DNA from: Malacoraja senta
Taxonomy: Eukaryota
Length of the DNA stretch: 64,000 nt
Assembly (NCBI GenBank): GCA_038087875.1
Contig: CM075998.1
Span: 4,714,001 to 4,778,000, forward strand
Direction of reading: 5' to 3'
Below, in pieces: positions 24,383-36,892 of this stretch. Both the position numbers and the translations under genes were made by a program. The notes under the pieces are model-generated. The model saw only the letters and a list, made by a program, of their open reading frames with translations, was not told the DNA's origin and ran no database searches. The first letter of the stretch is position 1, and every line of letters begins with the position of its first letter.

Positions 24383-27300
24383 TACAATGAGGGGTTTTAG
24401 AAAATATTGCAAGATGCTTCAGTTTAGTTTACGTGTACCGAGATGTACAGATATACATGTACAGATAAGGGAATAACGTTTAGTGCAAGGTAAAGTCTGA
24501 TCACTGTTTAAGAAAAAAACTGCCGATACTGGAAAAATCAAAGGTAGACAAAAAATGCTGGAGAAACTCAGTGGCTGAGGCAGCATCTATGGAGAGAAGG
24601 AATTGGTGATGTTTCAGGTCGAGACCCTTCTTCAGACTGATCAATGATAGTCCAAGTGTCACCAAAGAGGTAATAATAATAATAATAATAGATTTTATTT
24701 ATATAGTGACAGTAGTTCAGCACCGCTCTCTGGTTGTGGTGGGATGATTCAGCTGCCTGATAACAGCTGGGAAGAAATTGTCCCTGAATCTGGAGATGTG
24801 CATTTTAACACTTCTATACCTTTTGCCTGATGGGAATCGGGACTTGAGGTCTTGGAGATGTGAGTTCACTTTTAAATATAAATTAGGAAATAATCTGGTG
24901 GCAGCAAATGGGCTCTATCGCTTGTCACAGAAGGGGGAGCATAAGATGAGAGACTTTAGCATGAAGATATGCTGCCTTGTAACTTTGAAGTCAAATCTCG
25001 GGTAGATCCAAGAGATTGACAGAGACATGGCCTTGCAGATGCTCTTTGATCAGGTGATTTGTGGAGGCCTGAAAAGATTAAACGACCACAGCCAAAAATA
25101 ATGCATTATTGGGCAATCAAGGGTGACATCTCACTGGAAGGTGGTTCCGATGTGGCTTCCTTTACATCGGTGAGGCCAAGCGTAGACTCGGCAACCATTT
25201 TGCCGACCACTTGCACACGGCTTGCCAAGGCCTGTACCATCTCCCAGTTGCCAACCATTTTAACTCCCATTCCCATACCAACCTTTCTGTCCTGGACCTC
25301 CTGCATTGCCAGAGTCAGGCTACATGTAAACTGGAAGATCAGCACCTCATGTTCCACTTGGGTAGCTTTCAACCCCACAGAATGAACATTGAATTCTGCA
25401 ATATTAGATGACTACCAACCTGCAAACAACTACCCCCTTCAACCCCCCCCCCTTTATTCCTCCCCCTTTTCCCTGTGTCCCAACTGGATTAGCACCCATT
25501 TCTGCCCTTCCCTCTCATCCCCCCCCCCATCACAATTCGCCCCTCTTCTATCCTTATCTCATAGTTTATGTTGTTTCATCTCTGGCCTTTGTTCAATCAT
25601 CTGCCCATCAACCTACCCTGCCCCCCCCCCCCAACCTGCATACACCTATCACTCTCCTGTCTTTATTCTGCCACCTACTCTCTTCGCTTTCTCCCCCCCC
25701 CCCCCACCCCTACTGCAATGAGTTTGAAGAAGAGTCCAGACCTGAATCGTCACCTATCAATGTTCTCCACAGATGCTGCCTGACCCGCTGAGTTACTCCA
25801 GCACTCTGTGAAACGTCACCTATCAATGTTTTCCACAGATGCTGCCTGACCCGCTGAGTTACTCCAGCACTCTGTGAAACGTCACCTATCCATGTTCTCC
25901 ACAGATGCTGCCTGACCCGCTGAGTTACTCCAGCACTCTGTGAAACGTCACCTATCCATGTTCTCCACAGATGCTGCCTGACCCGCTGAGTTACTCCAGC
26001 ACTCTGTGAAACGTCACCTATCCATGTTCTCCACAGATGCTGCCTGACCCGCTGAGTTACTCCAGCACTCTGTGAAACGTCACCTATCCATGTTCTCCAC
26101 AGATGCTGCCTGGCCCGCTGAGTTACCCACATGGAATGGGTTAAAACCGCAAACTCCACCTGCTTTGAATGAAAGGTATGGAAATAGACAAATCAAAGCC
26201 AGCAACGATGATCAAGGAAAGGTGGAGCCCACAATGGTCCATTGTTGGCTGTGGGGGAGGTGATACAGTGAAACTCAGCAGGACGACAGTGAAATTAGTA
26301 CCACGATGAGGGTGGGGGAGGAACGGAGAGACGGGATGCAAGGGTTGCTTGAAGTTAGAGAAATCAATTATACCGCTGGGTTATAAGTTACCCGAGCGAA
26401 AGTAAACCAAATATGAGGAACTGTTCCTCCAATTTGCGGTTGGCGTCACCAGGACAGAAATGACAGTGGGAGGGGCTTATTTGGCAACAGGCTATATAAT
26501 AACGCCGGCCAGGTGGGACCACAGCATTAGGAGGCAGCCCATTTCACCACTGGTACCCGCTGGAGTCTGGAGCCGTTCACAATGCGACCAGCCTGGCATT
26601 TGCTGGTTGTCTTCCTGACGGTTTGTATTTCCATGAGCTCCGTTGTGTTGTTTTGGAGTTGAAGTTTGTTTATTTAATTTAGATTTAATCGCAGTGACAT
26701 CCTTTCCAGAGTGCGCATCCTTGGAGAATGTACCGTGCAAACTCCGTACAGACAGCGCCCGTCAGTCTCTGGCGCTGTGACTGTGAGGCGGCAACTCTAC
26801 CCGGTTCGGTTCGACCACGTTTTTATTATATTTTTATTGCAAAGATGTGCCTTGTGTCGCTAGACGTGGAGGCACAAAAGCGGCCGAGAGACTCAGCGGG
26901 TCGAGCAGCGTCTGTGGAGGGGAGAGGCCGCCGCGAACCCGCCAGCCGCCCACCCTCTACTCCACCTGATATTGACTTAGTCCTGGACTGTTACAATGTA
27001 TATTACTGACCTCGGTGAAAAGTCACTGCAGTCTGGTCCCATTGCAATGCCGGGCAGCAAAGTAAGTTGTGAGCCGATTGCAGGGCGCTTTAAAATGAAT
27101 AAGTGTGGAAGCTGTTTTAAAAAGACGGCGAATGATCGGGAGACAGAATCACAGAAGATTCTGTTTCCATTTGTTTGGGACACAAATCATTGTGGTTGCA
27201 ATCTTGTTGCAAAGGGTTTGTAGCATTAACCTGTAGCAAGTGGCTGTAGTTTAGAAGAATGAGGTGATCCCGTTGCATTGCACAACATCCTGTGGGAGTA

Positions 27301-28470
27301 ACACACGGTGAAATTTGCATTCAAATTTACTCTTCTGAACAGGGTTGTGGAGTCAGGTTGTGGAGCAGGAGCAATGTTGATACGGTTGGAGTCTGTTAAA
27401 AAAGTCCCGACTTGACTCTGTAATCAACATACACTTCAGACAATTACAATGTGTTAATTGTATTTATTGTATTGTATATCTTTATTGTAATTTCCTGAGT
27501 ATTCGCATACCCAGAGGAAACAAAAAAACGTTCCTCAACCAGTGTCCATTTCAGTGTGCAGTAAAAAATAAATAGGAGTAAAAATACATATATCTGCAGT
27601 TGTGATTAATACATATTGTAGTAGTTGTACATATATAATTGTGGTTAATACGCAACAAAAGCTTTTCACTGCACTTTTGTACACGCGACAATAAACTCAA
27701 CTAATGGCCCTGTCTCAGAAAACGCTTCTGAAGCTAAATTTATCATTTTAAAAAAAAGTAAGTTTTCTATCATTATGCTATTGAGAAGTATAATTTGGCA
27801 AATAATAAAATGTCTTGACAGCTTAAACACCCACTCCCTTTCAATAGGATATTGTCAATTAGCTGAGGTTGATTATGTCCCAATTAACAGCTAACAATTA
27901 TGCCCTTCCTTGGCTTGCATCTGAGTCAAATGGAATTCAAAGCCCATGTATGGTTTCCGATATATATATATTTTTTTTAATGATAAATTTTGCTTCAGAA
28001 GCGTTTTGTTTTTGCATGTAAAAACCCACTTGAGAACCATGGGCGATTTTAACATATTACATCCAGATTGATCACTTCTGAAACTTTTTAGATACCAAAG
28101 GAATCAAGAAAAATCCCTTGCTGTTGATGAAATGTAGTGAGCAAATGCAATAATTGTTAATATTTTCAAACACTCATCAATTGTTAACCTACTCATTCCT
28201 GGGATCTTTCTTGTAAACCTTTTTAATCCATCTACTACTGACCACGGGTACCATGTAATCCCGTGCTACCTGCTCCATGGTCGGATAGCCGGCGACTAAA
28301 CTGTCTCCCCCACTTGGTTTGCCAGGTGAGGAGGGGGCTGTGGACCCCCAGGAGGGCCAAAAACAAGACCTGTCAAAGGGCGGATGAGCTTCTAGCGAGC
28401 CAACGGCCATCCACACATCAGTAGAAGTTGCGATCACTGTCGTACACGGCATTGTAAGGAATGATGATAA

Positions 28471-28530
<60 letters not shown>

Positions 28531-31500
28531 TCCTGTACTTCCAGCGGCGCAAGTCCGCAGGAACTGGAGGACGGAGATGTGCGGTGCGTCCGTCACTGTT
28601 CCCGTCGGAAACCAGCACCACTGCGTCGCTAATGTTTTCAACGATGATGAATGAATGACTACCAACAATCTTCACTCATAGAAACATAGAAAATAGGTGC
28701 AGGAGTAGGCCATTCGGCACTTCGAGCCTGCACCGCCATTCAATATAATCGCAGCTGATCATCCAAAATCAGTACCCCGTTCCTGCTTTCTCCCCATATC
28801 CCTTAATTCCGTTAGCCCCAAGAGATAAATCTAACTCTCGGCATCCAGGGAATTGGCCTGCAAGAGAATTCCACAATTACACAACTCTGTGTGAAAAATG
28901 TTTTCCTCATCTCAGTACTAAATGGCCGACTCCTCATTCTTACTCATTGTGTTCCTCCCCGATATGGCACCATGGACCCTTCATCTCTATCTCAATAGTT
29001 CCCATTTATTACCATCCTTACCAGATTCTCAGATTTCGCCTTTTGTGTCCCCACTCATTGCCCTCCAGTCATTGTCTCCACCTTTACCCCCCCCCACTTC
29101 CCCCACTCAGCTCCATCCATCTTCTTCCTTCTCTGCACAGATGCTGCCTGTTAGTAACCGGGATTTGGTGTTGGAGTCGGATACACAAGAAATCAAGGAG
29201 TCGGAGTCGGGTGTTTTGGGCATCGACTCCACAGCCCTGCTTCTGAAGCATCACTTTAAATGGGTGCATATTCTACACACACGGGTGCATATTCAAAGAC
29301 ACACGTCTTTGATAATTATTGTGGTGTGGAGAGTAGGTTTAAACAGTGGGGGTATGACTGGATCATTTCCCAAAGTGTTTTGAAAGTGAGCCCAGAGATA
29401 CCATCGGGCCCTTGTAACGGCACAGTTGAAATGTTTATATTTAAATCTAACTTAATTGTTTGTTGTTCTCCTATGCAGGTAAACATTGATGTGATGCCTG
29501 GGTACTGCAGTAAACCATGCATACCAAAAGAGTATAGATATAAGGACTTTTGTTGTCCAGAATGTCTCCCAGGTAACACTGAATTCTGGGTACCTCTAGC
29601 TTCCCTCTCTCTTCCTGACTCTCAGTCTGACGAAGGGTCTCGACCCGAAACGTCACCTATTCCTTTTCTCCAGAGATGCTGCGTGTCCCGCTGAGTTACT
29701 CCAGCATTTTGTGTCTTATCTTCTGAATTCTACATCCTGTTTGTAACCATAGAGGTGATGTTCGATGGCTCTTGGAGTAGAGTTCTGAGCGTGTGAGCTG
29801 GATGGGGTAAGGGTTTTGCCTTTGTGCCTGGGATGTTGCTAATAGTGACCCTGTGGCATTCACTGCCTATATTTGTCCTTAACAGCTCTTCTTGTTTAGA
29901 ATAAAGTTGTGGTGTTAAAAGCACTCGGCTTTAGTGAACTGATGTTATGGGCAATTCTCCTTGGGTGGTCAAGTGGCTCTTTCCTGCTTAGGACTGACCT
30001 CCATTCCTTTTATGATTCGGTTGGCAGAGCAAAGGCTGAGGAAGTCTCTTGATTGTTGGGAAATTTCCCATAGCTTGCCCAACTGGGAGCACCGACACAC
30101 TTGAGTAAACACCGAGCATAGGCTCAGGCCTTACTGCTTGGATGTGAACAAATCTTGGACCTGCCTGCTCAGGTATTGCATTCCCAAGGCTTGACTTAAT
30201 CGCAAATCCTTAACACCTCGATACTTTGGCTCCGAAGAGACCCACTGTATCTCCAACTTGCCCTAAAGCGACCCAGAGGGGAGTTGCTCGTTATTAGAGT
30301 CAAAAGGCACGGAAATGAGCCCCTCGGCCCTGCCGACCAAGATGTCCCATCAACGTTAGGCCTACCTGCCTGCTTTTGGCCTATATCCCTCTAAACCTTT
30401 CATATCCATCAGTTTATTCTAAAGATACACACAAAAATGCTGGAGTAATTCAGCGGGTGAGGCAGCATCTCTGGAGAGAAGGAATGGGCGACGTTTCAGG
30501 TAGAGACCCTTCAGACTGATTTCTTTCTTACACATAGTCAATTCCAAAGTCTCGAGTTACTTCATCAGTTCTTCAACCTGAAATATTAACTTCCTTTCTC
30601 TGTTTGCAGATGCTACCTGGCCTGCAGAGAGTATTTGCTGTTTTTATTTCTTGCAGTTCAGGACACCATACCTTCTAATCGCTGCCTTCACTTTTCATTC
30701 CTCTGGCTTCCCAGAACTGTTGGGTTTTGATGTATTTTGAGTGTTTTTTGTGCTATTTTAATCGTTAGCTCTCTCTATTCATTAGGTTCTCGAGTGCTAG
30801 AACACTGCACACCGGATTCTGCAACAAACTGTCTACCATGTAGCCATGGTACCTATCAAGCTTACACTGGGTCCAAGGAATGCGTTCATTGTACCATTTG
30901 TAGAGAAGGTAAGCAAGTAAATAGCTGTCCCATAGCTGTGCAGTGATGCTGTGGAGGCCAAGTCATTGGGTATTTGTAACGAGGAGATTGATATGTTCTT
31001 TATTTGTACGGATGTCAGGGGGTTTTGTGGGGAGAAGGCAGGAAAATGGGGTTGTGAGGAAAAGTTAGATCAGCCATGATCGAATAGTGGCCACACCTGG
31101 AGTATTGTGTACAGTTTTGGTCTCCAAATCTGAGGAAAGACATTCTTGCCATAGAGGGAGTACAGAGAAGGTTCACCAGACTGATTCCTGGGATGTCCAG
31201 ACTTTCATATGAAGAAAGACTGGATAGACTCGGCTTGTACTCGCTAGAATTTAGAAGATTGAGGGGGGATCTTATAGAAACTTACAACATTCTTAAGGGG
31301 TTGGACAGGCTAGATGCAGGAAGATTTTTCCCGATGTTGGGGAAGTCCAGGACATGGGGGTCACAATTTAAGGATAAGGGGGAAATCTTTTAGGACCGAG
31401 ATGAGAAAAACATTTTTCACACGCAGAGTGGTGAATCTCTGGAATTCTCTGCCACAGAAGGTAGTTGAGGCCAGTTCATTGGCTATATTTAAGAGGGAGT

Positions 31501-33146
31501 TAGATGTGGCCCTTGTGGCTAAAGGGATCAGGGGGTATGGAGAGAAGGCAGGTACAGGATACTGAGTTGCATGATCAGCCACGATCATATTGAATGGCAT
31601 GCAGGCTCGAAGGGCCGAATGGCCTACTCCTATACCTATTTTCTATGTTTCTATGAAGTAGGCGCGATGGACTGAATGGCCTAATTCTGCTCCTATGCCT
31701 TGTGGGGTCAACGTTAGACGCTGGGTGCAAAGTAAGTGAAATATCGTAATAATGAAACTTGCGTAATTACAATGCAAAAGAAAAGTATTTGTCTTTATAC
31801 TCTGGGGTGCTAAGAAAGCGATGCTGTTGCAGGGGATAGGGGGGTGAGATCTTGGGGCAATAGAGTTTCACTAACAGCCAGAGGAGGTAGTTGAGGTGGG
31901 TACTTTCATAACATTTAAGACACATTTAGAAAGGTACATGGATTTGATATGTTTGGAGGGATATGGGCCAAGCGCGGGAAGGTGGGACTAGTGTAGATGG
32001 GACGTGGGTCGGTATTGGCAAGTTGGGCTAAAACCTGTTACCACGCTGTATGATTCTATAACAGCCAGGAGATTAGACGTGTTTATCAGACTGGGCATCA
32101 TTTAAACCTCTGCCATGTTGGAGCCCTGCTCTGCTTTAAACGGGATTAAACTTCTCACACTCACACAGTATCTCAGACTTGGCTTCTCGGGACCTGTTTG
32201 GTTCCAGAGCCAGGGAAACGGGCTGAACAATGAAAAGTCTGAAGAATTTTATCCAGAGATGGCATTTGCGATGCTAATAATGTGGCAGGGTGCTAGATTG
32301 GGGGGGGGGGGGGGGGGGCATTTTTAAAGGGGCCACAGCCAGCAAAATGACATGCATGGCCTTGTCTCCACCTCTGGGCACAGTACTTGGACCCTGCAGA
32401 AAAGATGGCTGCTTAGTTGCTGCTGTTATTCTGTCCATTAAACCAGCAAACGCACCTGAAACTGTTGCAACCAATTCAACACAATAACGTTGCCTGCAAA
32501 ATACAAAGAGGAGTGATTGCTTTCTGGTTTGGTACAGGAGCCGAGGAAATCAAGCCATGTTCTTGTACACACGACCGTGTTTGCAACTGCACAGAAGGAC
32601 ACTACTGCGCTAACATCACCAAGAACGGTTGTGCGAAATGTTTGAAACATCGGAGCTGCCCTATCACAGAAATGGTAGTGAACAAAGGTGAGACATCAGC
32701 CTGTGATCTACACTGTGTGTGTCTATGTGTGTCTACGTGTGTGTGTGTGTTGTGTATCTACTGATGGACTTTGTGATCAGATCTGACGATATCCATCAAT
32801 TCCATGCATTCTTTCAGTGCCTGTTGGGCACCAGAGAACGTCTCCCACATCAGCGGAGCGTCCAGCTGATCAGTGCGTTCTGTGCCAGACTTCAGTAGGT
32901 CCTCCTACAAGAACTTGGCCCAGTGACTGTGAAAGAGTCCACTCATAGCCCAGCCCCTTCCAAGCATCTTCCTCAAGGGGATCTCTCCTGCTCTAGGCCT
33001 TTCACCTCTGCCCTCCCTCCCACTCCTACTTCTATTCTGTGTCCCCAAGTTATTTACTCCTCTTTCTCTGACTTCTGCCACGTTGTGTGTACACAAACAC
33101 GTTCTACAAAATGGATCCATTTGATTGTGTCATTGGTGTAATGCAG
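24383..33146 (+). repeat. Segmental duplication unit B (pairs with 8588-17426), truncated by the gap
   Basis: Same alignment as unit A, ending exactly at the N run. Confidence 0.95.
27132..32687 (+). CDS. TNFRSF gene copy B, partial (exons 1-4, 3' part not seen before the assembly gap): join(27132..27215,29479..29572,30786..30908,32538..32687)
   Basis: Near-identical to copy A exons 1-4, splice sites intact, frame open. Differences are K>I, I>F, an in-frame deletion of one Phe codon, S>C and two silent changes. Confidence 0.85.
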
Positions 33147-33346
33147 NNNNNNNNNNNNNNNNNNNNNNNNNNNNNNNNNNNNNNNNNNNNNNNNNNNNNN
33201 NNNNNNNNNNNNNNNNNNNNNNNNNNNNNNNNNNNNNNNNNNNNNNNNNNNNNNNNNNNNNNNNNNNNNNNNNNNNNNNNNNNNNNNNNNNNNNNNNNNN
33301 NNNNNNNNNNNNNNNNNNNNNNNNNNNNNNNNNNNNNNNNNNNNNN
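33147..33346. other. Assembly gap (200 N)
   Basis: Run of N. Confidence 1.
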
Positions 33347-33541
33347 AGCTTTTGTGTTAAGTCAATGGAAAAGCAATAGGGAACTAGATGCTAATTTCTG
33401 AGTATGATAATGGCCATAACTTTTTTAATACTGAAGATATGAAAGTGAATTAGGTGTCAAATTAAACTTCTTTTTATGCTTTATCTGATGGATAAATTGC
33501 AGACTTTATTTTTAAAATCTCAAAATTTTGTAACATTGCTA
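33347..33541. mobile_element. Terminal part of a third copy of the 7-bp-TSD DNA transposon
   Basis: Ends TTTTGTAACATTGCTA|cattata. The flank differs from the 22717 copy, so this is an independent insertion. Confidence 0.8.
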
Positions 33542-33722
33542 CATTATATATGATAGTCTTGGAGACTTCGGGTCAAACAGGCCCTTCAGCCCAACACATC
33601 CATGCTGACGGGCCTAGATGCCTCATCCAAGCTCGTCCCATTTGCCCACATAGCCCACACTCATCTCAATCCTTCCTATCCACACGCTCCACTTGCTTTG
33701 AACACTAACAACCATGCTTAAA

Positions 33723-33726
<4 letters not shown>

Positions 33727-33781
<55 letters not shown>

Positions 33782-33804
33782 CCTCCCTCCCTCCCTCCCT
33801 CCCT

Positions 33805-33850
<46 letters not shown>

Positions 33851-33870
33851 TTCTCTCTCTGTCACTCTCA

Positions 33871-33955
<85 letters not shown>

Positions 33956-33977
33956 CCTCCTTCCCTCCCTCCCTCCC

Positions 33978-34022
<45 letters not shown>

Positions 34023-34247
34023 TTCTCTCTCTCTCACTCTCTCACACTCTCTCTCTCCCTCTCTCTCTCTCTCTCTCCCTCTCTCTCTGTCACTCTTTCC
34101 CTCTCTCCTCTCACTCCCTCACACACTCTCTCTGTCACTCTCTCTCTCACTCTCTCTCTCACTCACTCTTTCTCTCTCTGTCACTACCTCTCTGTCACTC
34201 TCTCACTCTATCTCTCTCACTCACTTTCTCTCTCTGTCACTCTCTCA

Positions 34248-34280
<33 letters not shown>

Positions 34281-34470
34281 TCACTCTTTCCCTCTCTCCT
34301 CTCACTCCCTCACACTCTCTCTCTCTCACTCACTCTTTCTCTCTCTGTCACTCTCTCTCTGTCACTCTCACTCTCTCTCTGTCACTCTCTCACTCTATCT
34401 CTCTCACTCACTTCTCTCTCTGTCACTCTCACACACTCTCTCTCTCTCTCTCTCGCATTCTCTCTGTCTC
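33727..34470. repeat. (CT)n / CT-rich microsatellite
   Basis: Direct inspection. Confidence 0.98.
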
Positions 34471-34809
34471 TTGCACAACTAAGGACCAAGCCCCGCAGAG
34501 ACAGCAAGTGAAGGGTGCATGTGGCCAGCTTTTGGTGGTGTACATGGGAGTGCATGCACTGGGCTGTTCACAGTCTGCGTTGGACCCAGTGTTGGCAGAG
34601 TCTGTCAGCGTAGAGGTGGACAATGACAACAAGTTGGGGCTCTTGTTCACTCTCAACACAAGAATATCAGCACAAAGGCAGCGATGAGGCAGGGAAGCCT
34701 GAGCGTCCCGCACCTTCTCACCCTCAGCCCCTTCCCCGACATCCTGTCACCCGACTCAAATGCTTCTGTACATTTATCACGGACAGACCCAGCTGGATTG
34801 CCATTATAA

Positions 34810-35140
34810 TGGCCCCGTCCCACTGTACGAGTTCATTCCAAGAGCTCTCCCCGAGTTTGCCCTGATTCGAACTCGGGAGATTTACGGTAATGGCCGCTCG
34901 TCGGTACTCGGGGCTCTCGTGGACATTTGTCAACATGTTGAAAAATCTTCACGAGTCTTCCCGTGCTTACCTGCCGTTAGCGAGTCTTCCCGAGTACCTG
35001 CCGTTCGCGTTACGAGCCGCGAAGAGACGTCCCCGAGCTCCGACGTACCCGCCACGTTCATTCTCCGTGCTTACCACGAGCTTGATTTTTTTTTAAACTC
35101 GGGAGAGCTCTTGGAATGAACTCGTACCGTGGGACAGGGT
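34810..35140. mobile_element. PIF/Harbinger-type MITE
   Basis: ~45-bp TIR cccgtcccactgtacgagttcattccaagagctctcc / ggagagctcttggaatgaactcgtaccgtgggacaggg. Confidence 0.75.
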
Positions 35141-35454
35141 AAGGTTTCCCAGAAGCTAACTGGGTCTATGTCCGTAGATTGGAAAATCTGGCCGTTCCAC
35201 TTTTTAAAACGAGATGATACTGTAACCATGTCTGCAGATAAAATGCCTTTGAAAATCTGGCAATACTCAGTGACATTTTGTTTCTTTGCGAAGATGTTTG
35301 AAGTCTCGCCCATCTCTCCCAGAGAGAGAGGGCATTGATGTCCCATTGAGTACGAGAGAGTCCAATGAGAACATTGTCAAAGGTCAGGGAGAGGTCAAGG
35401 AACCTTATTCTTGCTCCATATGCCTTGGGAAGCATCAAGGCAGTGGGCAACGAT

Positions 35455-36110
35455 ACAATACGACAGGACTTTCTTTATCCCAGGAGGGAAATTGATCTGC
35501 CAACAGTTATCAAAACACAAGATACAATGAAACATGAAGTTAAAGTGACGAGTGGAAAGGATTGGGGATGTGTAAAGATTGGGGGGGGGGGGGGGGGAGA
35601 GTCAGTCTCAGTCGACCCCACGACAGAAGGGGGACGAGTTGTACAGTTTAACAGCCACAGGGAAGAAGGATCTCCTGTGGCGTTCTGTGCTGCATCTTGG
35701 TGGAACCAGTCTGTTGCTGAAGGTGCTCCTCAGGTTGACCAGTGATGTCACGGAGGGGGTGAGCTGTATTGTCCAGGATGCTCCGCAGTTTGAGGAGCAT
35801 CCTCCCCTCCGAGACCAACCTCCCGTGAATCCAACTCCAACTCCGCCCCCAGGATGGAGCCGGCCTTCTGATGAGTTTGTTGATCCTGTTGGCGTCCGCG
35901 ACCTTCGCCCTGCTGCCCCGGCACACGGCAGCGAAGAAGATGGCACTGGCCACCACCGATTGGTAGAACATCTGCAGCATCTCACTGCAGATGTTGAAGG
36001 AGCGGAGCCTTCTCATAAAGTACAGGCGGCTCTGACCCTTCTTGTACAGGGCCTCAGTGTTCCTGGACCAGTCCAGTTTACTCTCCAGGTAAACTCCAAG
36101 GTATTTGTAC
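35455..36110 (-). mobile_element. Rex1/Babar 3' fragment
   Basis: MRRLRSFNICSEMLQMFYQSVVASAIFFAAVC...RLVPPRCSTERHRRSFFPVAVKLYN. The same family lies on + at ~61960-62420. Confidence 0.85.
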
Positions 36111-36217
36111 TCCCTGGTAAACTGCCTAACGTTAGGGAATGGGAAGAAGGAAAAGATTCCGGATTAGGGATGGGATCATCGTCGGGCAAGCCAACAGCTT
36201 CCATCTGGAGACCCACG

Positions 36218-36892
36218 CAGAGTGCTGGAGTAACTCAGCGGGTCAGGCAGCATCTGTGGAGAACATGGATAGGTGACGTTTCACAGGGTGCTGGAGTAAC
36301 TCAGCGGGTCAGGCAGCATCTGTGGAGCGAAGGAAATGGGCAACCTTTCGGGCCGAAACCCTGAAGGAAATAGGCAACGTTTCGGGCCGAAACCCGGAAG
36401 GGTTTCGGGCCGAAACGTTGCCTATTTCCTTCGCTCCATAGATGCTGCCGGAACATGGATAGGTGACGTTTCCCAGAGTGCTGGAGTAACTCAGCGGGTC
36501 AGGCAGCATCTGTGGAGAACATGGATAGGTGACGTTTCACAGAGTGCTGGAGTAACTCAGCGGGTCAGGCAGCATCTGTGGAGAACATGGATAGGTGACG
36601 TTTCACAGAGTGCTGGAGTAACTCAGCGGGTCAGGCAGCATCTGTGGAGAACATGGATAGGTGACGTTTCACAGAGTGCTGGAGTAACTCAGCGGGTCAG
36701 GCAGCATCTGTGGAGAACATGGATAGGTGACGTTTCACAGAGTGCTGGAGTAACTCAGCGGGTCAGGCAGCATCTGTGGAGAACATGGATAGGTGACGTT
36801 TCACAGAGTGCTGGAGTAACTCAGCGGGTCAGGCAGCATCTGTGGAGAACATGGATAGGTGACGTTTCGGGTCGTGGCCCTTCTTCAGACTA
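36218..36892 (-). repeat. 66-bp tandem array of a Penelope tail with an internal fold-back and a terminal hammerhead-like motif
   Basis: Unit agagtgctggagtaactcagcgggtcaggcagcatctgtggagaacatggataggtgacgtttcac. The reverse complement of 36861-36890 reads CTGAAGA...GAAACGTC. Confidence 0.9.

Noticed and set aside
33714..34511. Long SL/RE-rich ORFs here and at 54007-55331 and 59803-60534
   Set aside because: Translations of CT/GA microsatellites.
34500..35455. Unique-looking stretches (also 38830-39290, 42730-43050, 51600-51980) as exons of a neighbouring gene or of a TNFR cytoplasmic tail
   Set aside because: No recognisable protein motif and no convincing paired splice sites.
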